Assembly: GCA_905331295.1 (NCBI GenBank)
Contig: CAJNYD010000271.1
Coordinates: 1 to 53,817 of the forward strand
Length of the DNA stretch: 53,817 nt
DNA from: Rotaria socialis
Taxonomy: Eukaryota
Reading direction: 5' to 3'
The translations under genes were made by a program, and so were the position numbers. Positions 52,088 to 53,817 of the stretch are shown here, piece by piece; within the stretch, counting starts at the first letter, position 1; each line of letters starts with the position of its first letter. The notes under the pieces were generated by a model. That model was not told the DNA's origin. It worked only from the letters and a program-made list of their open reading frames with translations, and searched no databases.

Positions 52088-53817
52088 ATTTTTAAAAGAT
52101 CATATTATATTAACGTGGAACATACAAAAAAAACAACTCCGTTACTTTTCCTCTTCTTTTTTTTTATCATATTTGTTCTACATACGTTCCTGTTTTTTAA
52201 AAATATAGAACTAAATAATTTTAGACAATATCTTTTATGAATTCTTATCGAAACATCAAATTTATGTCTAGTTGAAGTTGATTAACATTGTATACTTTTC
52301 AGAATGGAAAGGCAATCTAAGAAAATTATGAAACAATTAGTTGAAAATCTTTTTGAACTATGAATAGAATTCCTATGAACAATTGTCTTCTTTAATTTAT
52401 AAATCATGGATTACGCACGAATACCTAAATGGTTGAGATAAAAGAAATAAGAAATCTATTTTTACCTAATTAGACATTCAAACAAGAGAATTATATTATA
52501 ATTCGAACATACTTACAGATCTATCAAATAATCTATGAAATGAAAGTTCAACTTACATCATTGATACTTTATTAAATATAATATGTTAATAAAAATAGTT
52601 TTAAACAGATACTTGTTGTTAGCTCTGTTGTTGCTCTGACAGGAACGCTATTTGAACAAAAACGAAACTTGGTTTTTATTCTTTCAATGGGTGGTTCTCA
52701 ATAAAAATTTATGATACGTTCATAGATTTTAAAAGTAATATTCTCGGTTTAGTTGACTGTTGGACTTTCCTTTCTTTTTCTTAAAATTAAATAATAAAGA
52801 TTCTTTGCTACATTTATGCAAAATTGAATAAAGTAAACTAAAAATAATTCATTCAAATTCTAATAGATATTCATAAATGATATCGATAGATTCTTTTTTG
52901 AAAATATGCTAACCACCGTTTCTTTTCTTTTCTTTTTCTTTTTGTGCTTCCATTATTTATTAATATTAATTCTTAAAATAGTATTACAAATTTATCTTGA
53001 CATAAATCATCAATCGTGACGTTTATTTGAATAAATATGTAAGCAAAATTCATTTCCGTTATAAATGAATCTTAATAAATCATGTCTAACTCCATATCAT
53101 TATCGATTATAAAGTACAAATGCAATTCACATTTTTCTTTCTTTTTATTTTTATCTGTTTTATAAGATAGTCGAAGTTGAATGAAATTCAGGCAAAATTA
53201 AAAAGAGATTTCAAAACTAAAAAGATCAGAGTACACAACTGATTTCATTATGCATATCAAGTTATGTTTCATTTTCATCTAGCATAACTTGAATGTAAAA
53301 ATGCCAACTAGCTCAACTGAAAGCTAGTTCATCTTAACAAACTGCAAGGAAAATCTACGAAAGAATCTTTCAGTTCACATGATTTGCATCGAAATTTTAA
53401 TCGACTTGAGATTCAAGTGTATGCATTTTCCTTTTTGCTGTTAGTTTCCGATTTTCGAAGTCGAGACAATCGATCAAGCTGAAATCTCTACAATGGATAA
53501 GAGTATACCAATAAATAATTAGATATTGCGTTTGAAGAAAATAATTTTCCAGTAGAGTTCAATTGCACCCAGTAGGTTATAGAACAAAACCCAAGATCTT
53601 CACTTGCAGATTTTTGGTAAATTCGAGTGAGAAAAGTCAATAACGAAAAACACTGACGAGTGCTTTCAAAGGACAGGGGCGTATAAGATACCTTATTGGG
53701 CCATTTAGATTTTTGCACCTCAACCTAGTCACATTACATATGAAATGAAAGCTCTCGTTGAGACGAGCATTTCAGTACTAAATCTGTCACGAACAAAAAC
53801 GAATTTAAAAAAAAAGT

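Overview
This is AT-rich eukaryotic genomic DNA with short (about 50-65 bp) GT-AG introns; gene style and content point to a bdelloid rotifer (inference). The left half holds housekeeping genes: COPE, OSGEP/KAE1, PEX10 and PRMT7 in tandem on +, a roughly 14-finger C2H2 zinc-finger gene on +, then UBR7 and CCT8 on -. The right half holds a gene fusing a WWE domain to an R-S-E (cholera-toxin-like) ADP-ribosyltransferase domain. It is followed by a degenerate array of about 30 units of 93 bp, each resembling an acceptor/micro-exon/donor/intron module. Further right, two paralogous secreted NtA/TIMP-like, Thr-rich, probably GPI-anchored genes flank ARL13B. Several MITEs are present (two hAT-type with 8-bp TSDs), along with a probable Helitron 3' end and a decayed LRR gene fragment. 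The best candidate for an undescribed system is the WWE-ART gene plus the 93-bp array. Gene models were assembled by eye and no database searches were run.
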